Source of the DNA: a virus | Taxonomy: Duplodnaviria > Caudoviricetes | IMG/VR virus record: IMGVR_UViG_3300025087_000689 | DNA: 64,000 bases | Direction: 5' to 3' (one strand) | Shown: positions 39,238 to 48,772 of the stretch, one piece after another | Layout: the number at the start of each line of letters is the position of its first letter | Numbering within the stretch: position 1 is the stretch's first letter | Made by a program: the position numbers and the translations under genes | The notes under the pieces: generated by a model | What the model saw: only the letters and a program-made list of their open reading frames with translations | The model's database searches: none | Told to the model about the DNA's origin: nothing

Positions 39238-40770
39238 GTGAATATTAATCAAAGAGGTATAGTTTCGGGTTTTTTAAAAGCCACGGATATATCTGTAAGT
39301 GGTTTAGCTCCTTATTTTTCTATCGGTAAACCATTACCAGTACCAGCCATTAGTATATATGTTAGCGGCACTTTAACTGATATAGAGAGTCAATTAGGTA
39401 ATTATAAAGATAGTGAAATTAGTTTATATGCTTGTGCCGTTCCATCTGGAACCAATGGACCTGTTAGTGCAGTTGATTTATTATCAGGATATGTATTGGG
39501 TGGTTATGGTCAACTTCCATGTAGAAAGATTGAAGGTTCTACTTTATTCCCTTCTCATAGCACATGTACAATTACGAAAGTTTCTATTAGTGGAGTCCCT
39601 CCTACGTTTACTACTATAAGTGGAAATACATATTATGATATATATGCTACTCATGTTCTTACAACTATTACTGATTCTAAAAGAGTCGTGGCTGGATATG
39701 GCACTCTTCAGGTATTAGGTGGGTATTTAACACAAGCTCCTTATCCAGATCTTAGTGAACTTAATTCTATTATAGAAGATCATGGTGAAGTTGTAACGAA
39801 TAATACACTTATGACATTTGTATTTCGGTTTCCAGAAACATTGAGTTTGTTTGCGAATAGTGGTTCTTTTGGAGCTGGTTATCCTGATTTGGCTGCATCA
39901 GGTATGATACAAATGAGTTGTTCTGGTAATTATAGTGGTGTGTATTTTCCAGCTACTTATGATGGAACTAATGATAACATCAATCCAATTTATCAGTATC
40001 TACAGCCAAGTGGTACTATAACATGGAAGATTCCAAAAAAATTTACTGTTAATCCGGATGTTTATGGATGGTATACGTTTCGACTTAATTATATTAATTC
40101 CTCTGGTTTGTTATCACCTACTGTTAATATTGAATTTTTTAGTCGTCAATTAAGGAATTTTGATCAAGCTATTCCAGCGTTACCTGATAACTATCAGATT
40201 CAAGATGGAGATATAGCAGGACCTTATGTAGTGACTGTAGAAGGTGAAACGGCTCGCTCAAGAATATCTTTGGGTGTCCGAGATATAGATTTGGCTGTAG
40301 TGCAATACAATGAGAATGGTACTTATATATCATCTCCATACACTAGCGAAAAACCGATCTATGGTCTTAGTATGGAAGTTAATGAGAGTGCACCTAAAAT
40401 AACAAACTTTAATATATGGGATATGGTCAAATATTATATACAGTTTGATATTAATGATAATGGTAAATGGTATCAAATCTCACCTAAACCAAGAATAAAT
40501 GAATTGGATATCAACGGAGTTAACGTTCCAAATATATTCTTATTAGATAGTAATTTATTCTCTAATGATAAAGTTCTAGATATATATAATATGATATCGT
40601 TTATTGATCTAAATAAAGAACAATATAATTTTCGCGTAAAAATAGAACTTAATACTAATATAACTGGTTCGCATGGACAATGGACTCCCCAAATATATGA
40701 TTATAAAATATCAGTTATAGATAGAGAAGCATTACTTGCTTCTAATTATGAAAGATATCTTTTTAATTAA
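39238..40770 (+). CDS. Structural protein, Ser-Gly-rich N-terminal half
   Basis: GTG start after AAGAGG. About 13 SG in the first ~290 aa and none after. C-terminal FRVKIEL...WTPQIYDYKISV. Confidence 0.6.
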   Translation: MNINQRGIVSGFLKATDISVSGLAPYFSIGKPLPVPAISIYVSGTLTDIESQLGNYKDSEISLYACAVPSGTNGPVSAVDLLSGYVLGGYGQLPCRKIEGSTLFPSHSTCTITKVSISGVPPTFTTISGNTYYDIYATHVLTTITDSKRVVAGYGTLQVLGGYLTQAPYPDLSELNSIIEDHGEVVTNNTLMTFVFRFPETLSLFANSGSFGAGYPDLAASGMIQMSCSGNYSGVYFPATYDGTNDNINPIYQYLQPSGTITWKIPKKFTVNPDVYGWYTFRLNYINSSGLLSPTVNIEFFSRQLRNFDQAIPALPDNYQIQDGDIAGPYVVTVEGETARSRISLGVRDIDLAVVQYNENGTYISSPYTSEKPIYGLSMEVNESAPKITNFNIWDMVKYYIQFDINDNGKWYQISPKPRINELDINGVNVPNIFLLDSNLFSNDKVLDIYNMISFIDLNKEQYNFRVKIELNTNITGSHGQWTPQIYDYKISVIDREALLASNYERYLFN

Positions 40771-40779
40771 AGGATTATT

Positions 40780-43700
40780 ATGGAGTTAGATAGAGTTCGA
40801 AAATTTCTTTTTGAGAAAGTTAAAAATAATATTATTCGCGGTAAAATAACTGGTTTATCCGAATTACCTAGCGATGAAGCAATAGAAAAAGAAATAAATA
40901 ATATTCTAAGTTCTTCATCTAATGGGATTATTGGTTCTATTTCTACTTTTGGTAGAAAGACTACATCTGATCCGAATGTTTATGGAAATAATTTTTTAAC
41001 TATTAAAGATAATATCGAGTATATTTTGGGTGAAGTATTTGATAGTTTGAATAATACTATTGATATTATTAATAATTCAGTGTTAGAAAAGAATCAAATT
41101 CTCCGTGATTTGAAAATGATAGACAGAGATTTTTCTGATATTGAAGCTGGAACGTTACACAATGATGGAATGAAATACTTAATATCAGATTCTTTTACCG
41201 ATACAGATAAAATTGATACTGTTAGAACGACAACACAATTAAATTTAAATGCCGGTACAGCTTCTCTTAATACCACAAGGGCTTCATATATAGGATTTCC
41301 TCATTATCGAAATCAAACAAGTATTAATTTTACTATAACGGAGGGGATATCACAAATTGTTAAACAACAACAATCTCCAGAAACAAAATTTGGGAATATC
41401 TTTGATGGTGATGATACAGATAGATGGGAATTAATTATAACCACGCTTAGACCTACTGTATTGGAAGGTTATTTTAATCTTAAATTATCAGAGATAGGTG
41501 CTAGTGTAGAAATTAATAGAATTAAAATGAAGTTTTCAGGTACTAAAGACGTGACATCTGGAACAGATAATCTGACCTTTTTTTATATGAATCAAGATGC
41601 TATTGATAAAACTTGGAAAATATTACCTGATGGAAAATTAGAAATTAAAAATGCCGAAATAGATTTTCAGTTTCCTACTATTCAGACTACTCATATAAGA
41701 GTTATGTGGACTAAATATGAACCAGATGATGTTCAGAATCTTGAATACTTATTTAGTATTACAGAACTTAATGTTCAGAAAACTAGCACAGCATTCGAAT
41801 CAACACTAATATCCAATTCAATGAAGTTAACTCCTTATCAGAATGAACAACCTACTATATTTACAGCTGAACTAGATGTTGATAAACAAGTTCAACCTGG
41901 AACTAATATAGAATTTTATATTGGTATCGATAATACGATACCTGGTAAAGTAGTGGATGCTAATTCGAATGTAGTTGATATTGATGCTAAAGATGCCGTG
42001 GCTTTTGTTCCTAATGGAATAGATTCATATGGCAATCCTGAAAACTACTATACATTTGCATCGCTATTAAGAGATCATCCTTATTTATCTGGTACTTTTC
42101 CATATCAAGATTGGCAACCTAAGTGGCAACAATTATCATCCATTAAAGATATTGGAACAGCATTACCTAATCAGTTATATTTTAATGTTTCCGATTTTGA
42201 TAAACCAGTACATGATTTATATTATAAGAGTCCTGTATTATGGGGTGATCCTGCTTATACAGGCCCATGGCCTGTTACAGGTGCTGACTGGGCTGATAAT
42301 TGGGACGGCACACCAGGAGCTTTTCCTAAGTCTGGTTATATTTGGGGTGAAGATCCTTTAAGTAGTGCTGGTGTTTGGTGGGGTGATTCTAATGAGTATC
42401 CTGGTTGGTGGAGACCGATGACACCTTCTAGTTCAGGAATTCATTTATCTACGCCCATGATATCTATTCCTGATTTTATTATTCCTGTATATGATGTCGA
42501 CGGCACTCCTGTTTTAACGTATGATCCATATTATAGACGTCTTGTTCCATTACAAAAGAAATTTTGGAAGATATTCAAATGGCCGTCATCTTCTTTACCT
42601 ATACCAGGAACGATTAAACTCAGTAACAAACATTTAAAATCTACTGGTACTGCTAATGATAATAGAAATACATGGAAATGGAATTACAAGAGTAAGAAAA
42701 CTATAAGTGATTATGTTATTAATTTTACTCTACCTAATAATGTTAATTTCTATACTATTAAACTAGAAGAATTTTTACCTGGAAAATCAGATATTAGAAT
42801 TTTAGTTGATTCTATTCGTGATGTTAAATTTTTAAATATAACACCTTCTGAAATTACGGACTTTCAAGTAGAATATGGTTTTGAATATGATAAGGATGAG
42901 AATGGATTATATTATAAAGTAAAATCACCTGATTTTCTAGATGACGCACATGTAACTATTGTATTTGCAGATAGTGTAATTGCACAGAGGCGTGCATTAG
43001 GTGGCGATATAAAAATATCTCTAACTATAAGTTATGAGGCTAAAACTGATGTAACAGCATCATGGGATGGATATCTTCTTGTTCCTGACGGAGTTACTAC
43101 ATTGCCAGTTTGCCACTTAGATACAAGTATTGGTTCAGTTAATAAAATTACTGTGCAGCAGATTAATGATAATGGTTTAGTTCAACAAACTAAATCCATA
43201 GAACAAAATCAACCAGATCCATTTCAGAATTTTAGTTTATATACTGGTTTAAATCTTGTACGTATTTTTGTAGATGTTCTTTCAACACAAGATGAGAGTG
43301 TTGGTGATGAACTCGCTACTTGGAGACCAGATCAATATTTATTTGATATCGAAGAGACTATTAAAATGCAGGGTAAGTATTCTGATCCTGATTCTATTAA
43401 TTTTACAACTGAGTTTGAACCCAACATTATTACTAATAAAAATATTGACTTCTTAGCTTCAGGTATCGTAGAAGGTGTGACTATTAATGTTCAACCTTAT
43501 ACGTTACAGGAAGGTGTTAAAGTTAAACAAGATAGAGAAGATATGGTTATTATAGCTGTTACTAATAACACTATTACATTACTTCCTTCTGTACTAACAT
43601 CTGATTTTTACGTAGAAGAGTGGTCTGTTAAAGATTTCACTAAACGGACAACTTTTACATATGATGAAAATATAACAACACATCAAGGAACTAATTATCT

Positions 43701-44286
43701 ACGACAGGTGGATATTAATGTTCTATTATACGAAACTCCATTTGACGACGATACAAAATATGCTTTATTGGATGATGTGGATGGTAGTAAATATATTGTT
43801 GTAAAATCTCCAGATCCAAGTCAGTTTCCTAGAACAATAAGAAACATATTTCATTTCACTCGCACGTACTGGGATTATTTACTTGGTCAATATGTTACTT
43901 TTACAACAGGTACTAGTGGAAATACGGGTGCATCACCTAATCTTTTAGCCACTGCATATGAAACGGCGACATCTCTAGTTAATACACCTGCTAATACCTT
44001 TGTTGGAGTTAATTATCCAAATGTATCTACATACGGACAGTTAGTAAATGTTACTATGCCTAATTCGTCTGGATTCCTTTTTTGGGATACAGCTGAAAAT
44101 CTAGAGGTTATTTATGATATTAAATACTCTTTAGCCGCTAATAACAGACCAGCGGATAGGATATTTTTAATGGCTAAATTCATATCAAGTGATTTAAATT
44201 TAAGTCCGGTATTGAATTCATACAGCTTAATAATCAATAATATGATACGGAGTACTAATGAGACCAAAATATCCTATATCCAGTAA
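40780..44286 (+). CDS. Large structural protein, paralogue family A
   Basis: 1168 aa. YGNNFLTIKDNI...coiled coil...ISDSFTDTDKID...LNLNAGTASL. C-terminal FLMAKF...LSPVLNSYSLII. Confidence 0.6.
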   Translation: MELDRVRKFLFEKVKNNIIRGKITGLSELPSDEAIEKEINNILSSSSNGIIGSISTFGRKTTSDPNVYGNNFLTIKDNIEYILGEVFDSLNNTIDIINNSVLEKNQILRDLKMIDRDFSDIEAGTLHNDGMKYLISDSFTDTDKIDTVRTTTQLNLNAGTASLNTTRASYIGFPHYRNQTSINFTITEGISQIVKQQQSPETKFGNIFDGDDTDRWELIITTLRPTVLEGYFNLKLSEIGASVEINRIKMKFSGTKDVTSGTDNLTFFYMNQDAIDKTWKILPDGKLEIKNAEIDFQFPTIQTTHIRVMWTKYEPDDVQNLEYLFSITELNVQKTSTAFESTLISNSMKLTPYQNEQPTIFTAELDVDKQVQPGTNIEFYIGIDNTIPGKVVDANSNVVDIDAKDAVAFVPNGIDSYGNPENYYTFASLLRDHPYLSGTFPYQDWQPKWQQLSSIKDIGTALPNQLYFNVSDFDKPVHDLYYKSPVLWGDPAYTGPWPVTGADWADNWDGTPGAFPKSGYIWGEDPLSSAGVWWGDSNEYPGWWRPMTPSSSGIHLSTPMISIPDFIIPVYDVDGTPVLTYDPYYRRLVPLQKKFWKIFKWPSSSLPIPGTIKLSNKHLKSTGTANDNRNTWKWNYKSKKTISDYVINFTLPNNVNFYTIKLEEFLPGKSDIRILVDSIRDVKFLNITPSEITDFQVEYGFEYDKDENGLYYKVKSPDFLDDAHVTIVFADSVIAQRRALGGDIKISLTISYEAKTDVTASWDGYLLVPDGVTTLPVCHLDTSIGSVNKITVQQINDNGLVQQTKSIEQNQPDPFQNFSLYTGLNLVRIFVDVLSTQDESVGDELATWRPDQYLFDIEETIKMQGKYSDPDSINFTTEFEPNIITNKNIDFLASGIVEGVTINVQPYTLQEGVKVKQDREDMVIIAVTNNTITLLPSVLTSDFYVEEWSVKDFTKRTTFTYDENITTHQGTNYLRQVDINVLLYETPFDDDTKYALLDDVDGSKYIVVKSPDPSQFPRTIRNIFHFTRTYWDYLLGQYVTFTTGTSGNTGASPNLLATAYETATSLVNTPANTFVGVNYPNVSTYGQLVNVTMPNSSGFLFWDTAENLEVIYDIKYSLAANNRPADRIFLMAKFISSDLNLSPVLNSYSLIINNMIRSTNETKISYIQ

Positions 44287-44524
44287 TGAAATGTTAGTCG
44301 AGTTAGGAGACTTACAAGAAACTCTAATTAGTCTTATTGGCTATGATTCTAATTCGTTTGATGATATTATCGATATATCTGGTCAAGTAGGTATCTTGGA
44401 TGAGAGTATAGATGCGTCTGGATTCGCCTTTATAAATTCTAGACTCTTTCAAGAAGAACAATATAGTTTATTTTATAAAAATAGTTTAATTATGTATCAT
44501 TCTCGGAGGTCTTTAAATGATTAA
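44258..44524 (+). CDS. Small hypothetical protein
   Basis: 88-aa ORF filling the gap in the operon. The start could instead be ATG 44291. Confidence 0.55.
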   Translation: MRPKYPISSNEMLVELGDLQETLISLIGYDSNSFDDIIDISGQVGILDESIDASGFAFINSRLFQEEQYSLFYKNSLIMYHSRRSLND

Positions 44525-45677
44525 TAATAGAGGACATACGTTGGCGTTCGATGATTCGCCACTAACTCTGAACTCTCCTTTGGATTCAGTATCATATAAT
44601 AAGATAATTGATAGTCTAAAATCTAGTACACTTCGATGTATTAATAGAACAAGAGATCTGAATAATAGAGTAGTTAAGTTTAATAAAGCTTTAACGGCTG
44701 AGAATTTATACATAACATCTAAACTACAGGAACAAGCTATATTTGTTGATAATCCAATTACCACTAGTGGTACAGCTCTTATAACTGGATTTGATACTTT
44801 AATAGCATCCAGTTTAGTAACTCAAACAACACTCACAGGTCAAATAACAATAGAACCAGTGGTAGGAAGAAAATGGAGTAAAGTTGTTCGTTATCAGGAT
44901 AAAAATGGTAGAAATAGAGCATCAAAAGATATTTATATTTCTTATGGTCCTGTTGCTTCGCCTTCAATTCAACCGGCTGATTCCGATATATATTCGATCT
45001 TAGATGGATACGCAGATACATTTTGGTTAGCAGATACGGTAGAGAATACACAATATACTTTACAAATTCAATTTCCTACATCATTAAAACCATATGTTAA
45101 TTATCTTTCTTTGATTCCTTTTCCAGCATTTAGTTTTAATATTGATAGCGTATATATTACTAAAGCTGATGGTTCTCGAGAACAAATAGCCGATAGTGTA
45201 TCTCAACATATGGGGATTCTGGACGTGCATTTTAAACCAATATCCTGGGGTGGAACAATTACTATTAATTTCACTTCTAATGGTTCTGTCGTTGGTATAG
45301 CTGATCTAGATATTGGTTTAGTTAACTATCAAGATTCACAAGGATATATGGTCTTCGAAGTTCCTTCGTTTTTTTCTCATACTTTTTCTACTATTGAATC
45401 GATTGATTTGTTTGACTATAATCTATATGGTATTGCAAACGACCCTAGTTATATTAAATCGGATAGAATTGTTGCGACAGCTTATCAATTTTCAGACGGT
45501 ACTGTTTGGTCTGATGTTGGTGGAGTTGATATTAATCGAGCGACGTTAACAGGTGATGGTGCTACGGTTTTCAGTAAGACATTGACTACGAATAGATTCT
45601 ATTTAAAGATTACTATGGATAAATACTTAGGTCAGTCGCCAATCTTTCGAGCTATTAAAATTACACATGGAGTATAA
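44517..45677 (+). CDS. Structural protein, paralogue family A
   Basis: 386 aa. NSPLDSVSYNKIIDSL...coiled coil...TGFD...TLTGQITI. C-terminal FYLKITM...QSPIFRAIKIT. Confidence 0.6.
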   Translation: MINNRGHTLAFDDSPLTLNSPLDSVSYNKIIDSLKSSTLRCINRTRDLNNRVVKFNKALTAENLYITSKLQEQAIFVDNPITTSGTALITGFDTLIASSLVTQTTLTGQITIEPVVGRKWSKVVRYQDKNGRNRASKDIYISYGPVASPSIQPADSDIYSILDGYADTFWLADTVENTQYTLQIQFPTSLKPYVNYLSLIPFPAFSFNIDSVYITKADGSREQIADSVSQHMGILDVHFKPISWGGTITINFTSNGSVVGIADLDIGLVNYQDSQGYMVFEVPSFFSHTFSTIESIDLFDYNLYGIANDPSYIKSDRIVATAYQFSDGTVWSDVGGVDINRATLTGDGATVFSKTLTTNRFYLKITMDKYLGQSPIFRAIKITHGV

Positions 45678-45679
45678 TT

Positions 45680-46051
45680 ATGCCTATTACATCTGAATCA
45701 TTATATAATTCAATAGAACAATTAAAGAGAACTATCAATGGACTTGCTACGAGAATATCTGATCTTGAAACAACTACAGGTATATATGTTACGCAATCTA
45801 CTATGCAAACTTCTTTAGAAGATGTGAATTCTTCCATTACTGATATGAATGTTATAGTGAATAATTTGGAGACAAAATTACAAAAGATATCACTGCCGGG
45901 TAATACTAGATACTACTTAGATCAATCTGAGATTACTGATTTTAGAAATCACTTTAGACAGTTAAGAAGTATGATGTCTGAGTTAGAAAAGTCTAGACAA
46001 GCTTTTATCAGATTAAGTGCCCGTTACAATCTAACAAATTCGTCTCTTTAG
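45680..46051 (+). CDS. Coiled-coil hypothetical protein (last gene of the structural operon)
   Basis: 123 aa with a heptad pattern. GGAG RBS. Confidence 0.65.
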   Translation: MPITSESLYNSIEQLKRTINGLATRISDLETTTGIYVTQSTMQTSLEDVNSSITDMNVIVNNLETKLQKISLPGNTRYYLDQSEITDFRNHFRQLRSMMSELEKSRQAFIRLSARYNLTNSSL

Positions 46052-46145
46052 TTAATTTTAAAATTTCTTCTCTTAAGAGTTTGTTTTCTTGTTCGAGTTT
46101 TCTTAATTTGTTTTCTAAATATATTAGATTAGCAGCTAGTATCAA
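46008..46145 (-). CDS. Possible small coiled-coil protein
   Basis: TTG-start 45-aa frame (LILAANLIYLENKLRKLEQENKLLREEILKL...) not in the ORF track. It overlaps the end of the convergent + gene by 44 nt. Confidence 0.3.
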   Translation of the reverse strand: MILAANLIYLENKLRKLEQENKLLREEILKLTKETNLLDCNGHLI

Positions 46146-46162
46146 ACAACTAATTCAATTCT

Positions 46163-46504
46163 TTAAAATGGATTGTCGCGGGTTTTGGTCTCTTCATCTT
46201 GTGTTCGTTGTCTTCGTTCTGTAATTTCGCGAAGTCTTCTAAATAATTCGTTTGCTGATGTATAATCTATATGATACAAAGATTCAGTTGGAATTTCTAA
46301 GTCTTTGATCTCATGTAACTTATCTACTATCTCTTTATCGCTCTTAAGATCTATTTCAACTCTAATTGAACTACCATGATATCTAACAGATGAACCAAGA
46401 ATCTTATGATCATTGTTTCTTAGTATCTTCGTTAATGCAGTGTTGTATGGTTCCCGAATCTTATATGGAAGATCAGGTATGATTGGAACTATATCTAAAT
46501 CCAT
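46163..46504 (-). CDS. Hypothetical protein
   Basis: 113 aa, TAATG-coupled to the upstream - strand ORF. Confidence 0.65.
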   Translation of the reverse strand: MDLDIVPIIPDLPYKIREPYNTALTKILRNNDHKILGSSVRYHGSSIRVEIDLKSDKEIVDKLHEIKDLEIPTESLYHIDYTSANELFRRLREITERRQRTQDEETKTRDNPF

Positions 46505-46764
46505 TAGCGTTGACAGTCTTGAACGTCGACTAGTCCATTCCTATCTTTTCTATTTGGTATATAAATTGGTTCTTCACCAGGAAGAGGAAGTCTACTTACT
46601 TGCGGACAACCATGACGCAAATATGATCTAAGAAGATTAAAATGAGCTTCACATAGATCGGTTGTATTAACCACTTTGTGGTACTCGTTATCGTACATCG
46701 TTACAGTAATAGTTTTACTATAAGTTCCACATATATCACATGATCTGCGTTCCTCTACAGCCAT
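46504..46764 (-). CDS. Small putative zinc-binding protein
   Basis: CDICG...DLCEAH motif. AGGAG RBS on the - strand. Confidence 0.6.
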   Translation of the reverse strand: MAVEERRSCDICGTYSKTITVTMYDNEYHKVVNTTDLCEAHFNLLRSYLRHGCPQVSRLPLPGEEPIYIPNRKDRNGLVDVQDCQR

Positions 46765-46803
46765 ATTAACTCCTATGTTATGTCTATTCTAAATGTGCTA
46801 AAT

Positions 46804-47304
46804 CTACTCGTTAGTATATGTAGTACCTGTTGTCTTAGTACTGTAGGTGATGCGTGTAGAATCGCTTGTTGTATTATTTGGTATCCATATTGGATTCACT
46901 GTAGTTGTAGTTCTTTCATATAGATTTGGCTTAGCTGTTTGTGCTCGAAGAAAAGCTTCAAGAACGTCATCTTGTTTTAACGTTGGTGTTACTGATGTTA
47001 GTTTATACCACGACAAATTATTTGTTTCTACTGCGACTATGTTGTTTCGAATCTTTGTTTTAATAGTAGCGTGATAACCATCATCTCTATAAATTATTAA
47101 GTCTATATCTTGTTCGCTACTAATATTCATTTCTGCCGGTAGATCAACTTTAAAGTATGTTCGATCCTCGTATTTTTTTGTCATTACCTTAGTACAAACT
47201 ATACGTGTTTCATCATTAAATGGAGCTCCGTGTATTTTAATAGTTGCCCTATAAATCGTATTATCATACGGAACATCAAGCGAAGAACTTTGAATAATAT
47301 CCAT
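46804..47304 (-). CDS. Hypothetical protein
   Basis: 166 aa, directly abutting the exonuclease stop codon. Confidence 0.6.
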   Translation of the reverse strand: MDIIQSSSLDVPYDNTIYRATIKIHGAPFNDETRIVCTKVMTKKYEDRTYFKVDLPAEMNISSEQDIDLIIYRDDGYHATIKTKIRNNIVAVETNNLSWYKLTSVTPTLKQDDVLEAFLRAQTAKPNLYERTTTTVNPIWIPNNTTSDSTRITYSTKTTGTTYTNE

Positions 47305-48297
47305 TTAAATTACTCCTAAATCGTGTAAACAATTTGTTCTGTAGGGACACCATCCACATTCTTTATCAGATAGGTAGTCAATCTTACCAGCTTTATAATC
47401 TGCAAATTTAGTCTTACCAATCTTACCGGTTATAGCATGGTCAGTAATTTGTTGATCAGAGTAGAGGGGACAGTAATCTGGTTCTATTAATAGACCACTC
47501 TCATGGTGTTGATAGATTTCGATAAATCTTTCGAACACTGAATTCATATTGAATTCGTAATCCATTAACTTCGTTCTAGTTTTTTCGATGTTAATACCTT
47601 GGACTTTAAATATTGAGTTAGTATAATTAGTTATACCCTTACACAAAATTCCATTAATGATAGGATATAAATCATCAGATAACTCAATGATGTGTTGGAT
47701 CCAGTCCATACTTCCACGATTCAAATAAGTAATAACAAATCTGGTAATACCTAAAGAAGTATCTATATATTTATAATAATAAAGATACGATAAAACCTGT
47801 ATTACGTGTTCTATCTTTGGCATTCCAGGAATGGTTTGTTTATGAAAGACAGTACTTTCAAAATCATAACCATAGGAGGTTTTGATTTCTCCTCCAACTA
47901 TCTCGTCATCAATCTTGTAGATCATATCTACTTCACCAGAGATTTGTACGGTAGTACTTCCAGGAATGAGATAACGAATCTTCACGCTATGGTCATGTCG
48001 GATGCCCGAGGAGATAGCGAGTTCTCGAATCCATTCTTCCAGAATATTACCAACTTTAAATCTTCCCAATGAGCGGATATCCTCTTCTTGAGGAACCACA
48101 ATACCTTGCTGACTGTAGTAAGTTCTACGTCTACATCTTCCAACTATACCATTAAGAGTCCTAGCACTAGCTTCAGTTGGATAAAATCTAGTAGTAACCC
48201 TACCTGAGTGAGCTGCAGATTTATCTGTATCAGCTTGAATGATTGCATCGCTGAAGCTATCTAGAACTGTATCGAGTAATTCATTACGTGTTAGCAT
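47305..48297 (-). CDS. Cas4-like PD-(D/E)XK exonuclease with Fe-S cysteines
   Basis: GRCRRRTYY (Cys1), ISGEVDM...GGEIKT (D...ExK), IQVLSY (QxxxY) and the C-terminal CGWCPYRTNC. Confidence 0.8.
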   Translation of the reverse strand: MLTRNELLDTVLDSFSDAIIQADTDKSAAHSGRVTTRFYPTEASARTLNGIVGRCRRRTYYSQQGIVVPQEEDIRSLGRFKVGNILEEWIRELAISSGIRHDHSVKIRYLIPGSTTVQISGEVDMIYKIDDEIVGGEIKTSYGYDFESTVFHKQTIPGMPKIEHVIQVLSYLYYYKYIDTSLGITRFVITYLNRGSMDWIQHIIELSDDLYPIINGILCKGITNYTNSIFKVQGINIEKTRTKLMDYEFNMNSVFERFIEIYQHHESGLLIEPDYCPLYSDQQITDHAITGKIGKTKFADYKAGKIDYLSDKECGWCPYRTNCLHDLGVI

Positions 48298-48557
48298 TTA
48301 TCGTCTTTACTTAGATTTTCTTCTATTTTTAACCATTGGTGATTTTCTGGTGCGAAGGTTTTCTGTATTTCAGTTTCCTGACTTAATTCAAATGAACTCA
48401 ATGGTTTAATATGGTCTATGTGATATAGTTTCCTATCTCCTGAACATGGACCTAAATGATCTATAATAGATTGGATAGTAATTCCATAAAGTATAATAGA
48501 TTTTTCTTTATTTCTAAGATATCTTAGTCTATCATACTCTTTTTTATTGGGTTTCAT
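48291..48557 (-). pseudogene. Truncated HNH endonuclease (remnant or minimal)
   Basis: YHIDHIKPLSSF...PENHQWLKIEENLSKDDK matches the HNH C-terminal motif. Only 88 aa, with the central region apparently missing. Confidence 0.6.
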
Positions 48558-48564
48558 TACCCTT

Positions 48565-48594
48565 AGTATACTAATCTTTTGTTTATAATGCCAA
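48565..48594 (-). promoter_or_regulatory. Class A sigma70-like promoter TTGGCA-N18-TATACT (leftward)
   Basis: On the - strand: TTGGCA (48594-48589), 18-nt spacer, TATACT (48570-48565). The ATG at 48557 lies 7 nt downstream, so the mRNA could be leaderless. Confidence 0.65.
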
Positions 48595-48664
48595 AATTAT
48601 TTTGCATTAACTAAGATACTTGTGGTTACTTATTAAACCTTACGGTTAATGACTGCAATCTTTA

Positions 48665-48691
48665 ATACTAGTACCTTAACCATAATATATA
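48665..48691 (+). promoter_or_regulatory. Class B bipartite promoter-like motif ATACTAG-N12-AATATATA
   Basis: Third exact copy, in the divergent intergenic region upstream of the annealase gene. Confidence 0.6.
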
Positions 48692-48716
48692 CACGAGTAA
48701 AATAATTAAAATACTT

Positions 48717-48746
48717 TTGGCATTATTGACCGATTGTAGCTATACT
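48717..48746 (+). promoter_or_regulatory. Class A sigma70-like promoter TTGGCA-N18-TATACT (rightward)
   Basis: TTGGCA 48717-48722 and TATACT 48741-48746, followed by the AAGGAG RBS and ATG 48773. Confidence 0.7.
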
Positions 48747-48772
48747 ATGTTTGAAATCAAAAGGAGATTCAA

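Noticed and set aside
15365-40770. TCTGGT/AGTGGT as a DNA-level motif (Chi-like site)
   Set aside because: The enrichment is in-frame, uses unrelated serine codons (TCN and AGY) and several Gly codons, and follows protein domain boundaries, so the signal is at protein level.
46040-46165. Intrinsic terminator at the convergent junction
   Set aside because: No GC-rich hairpin with a U-tract could be identified. The stretch reads better as a small - strand coiled-coil ORF.
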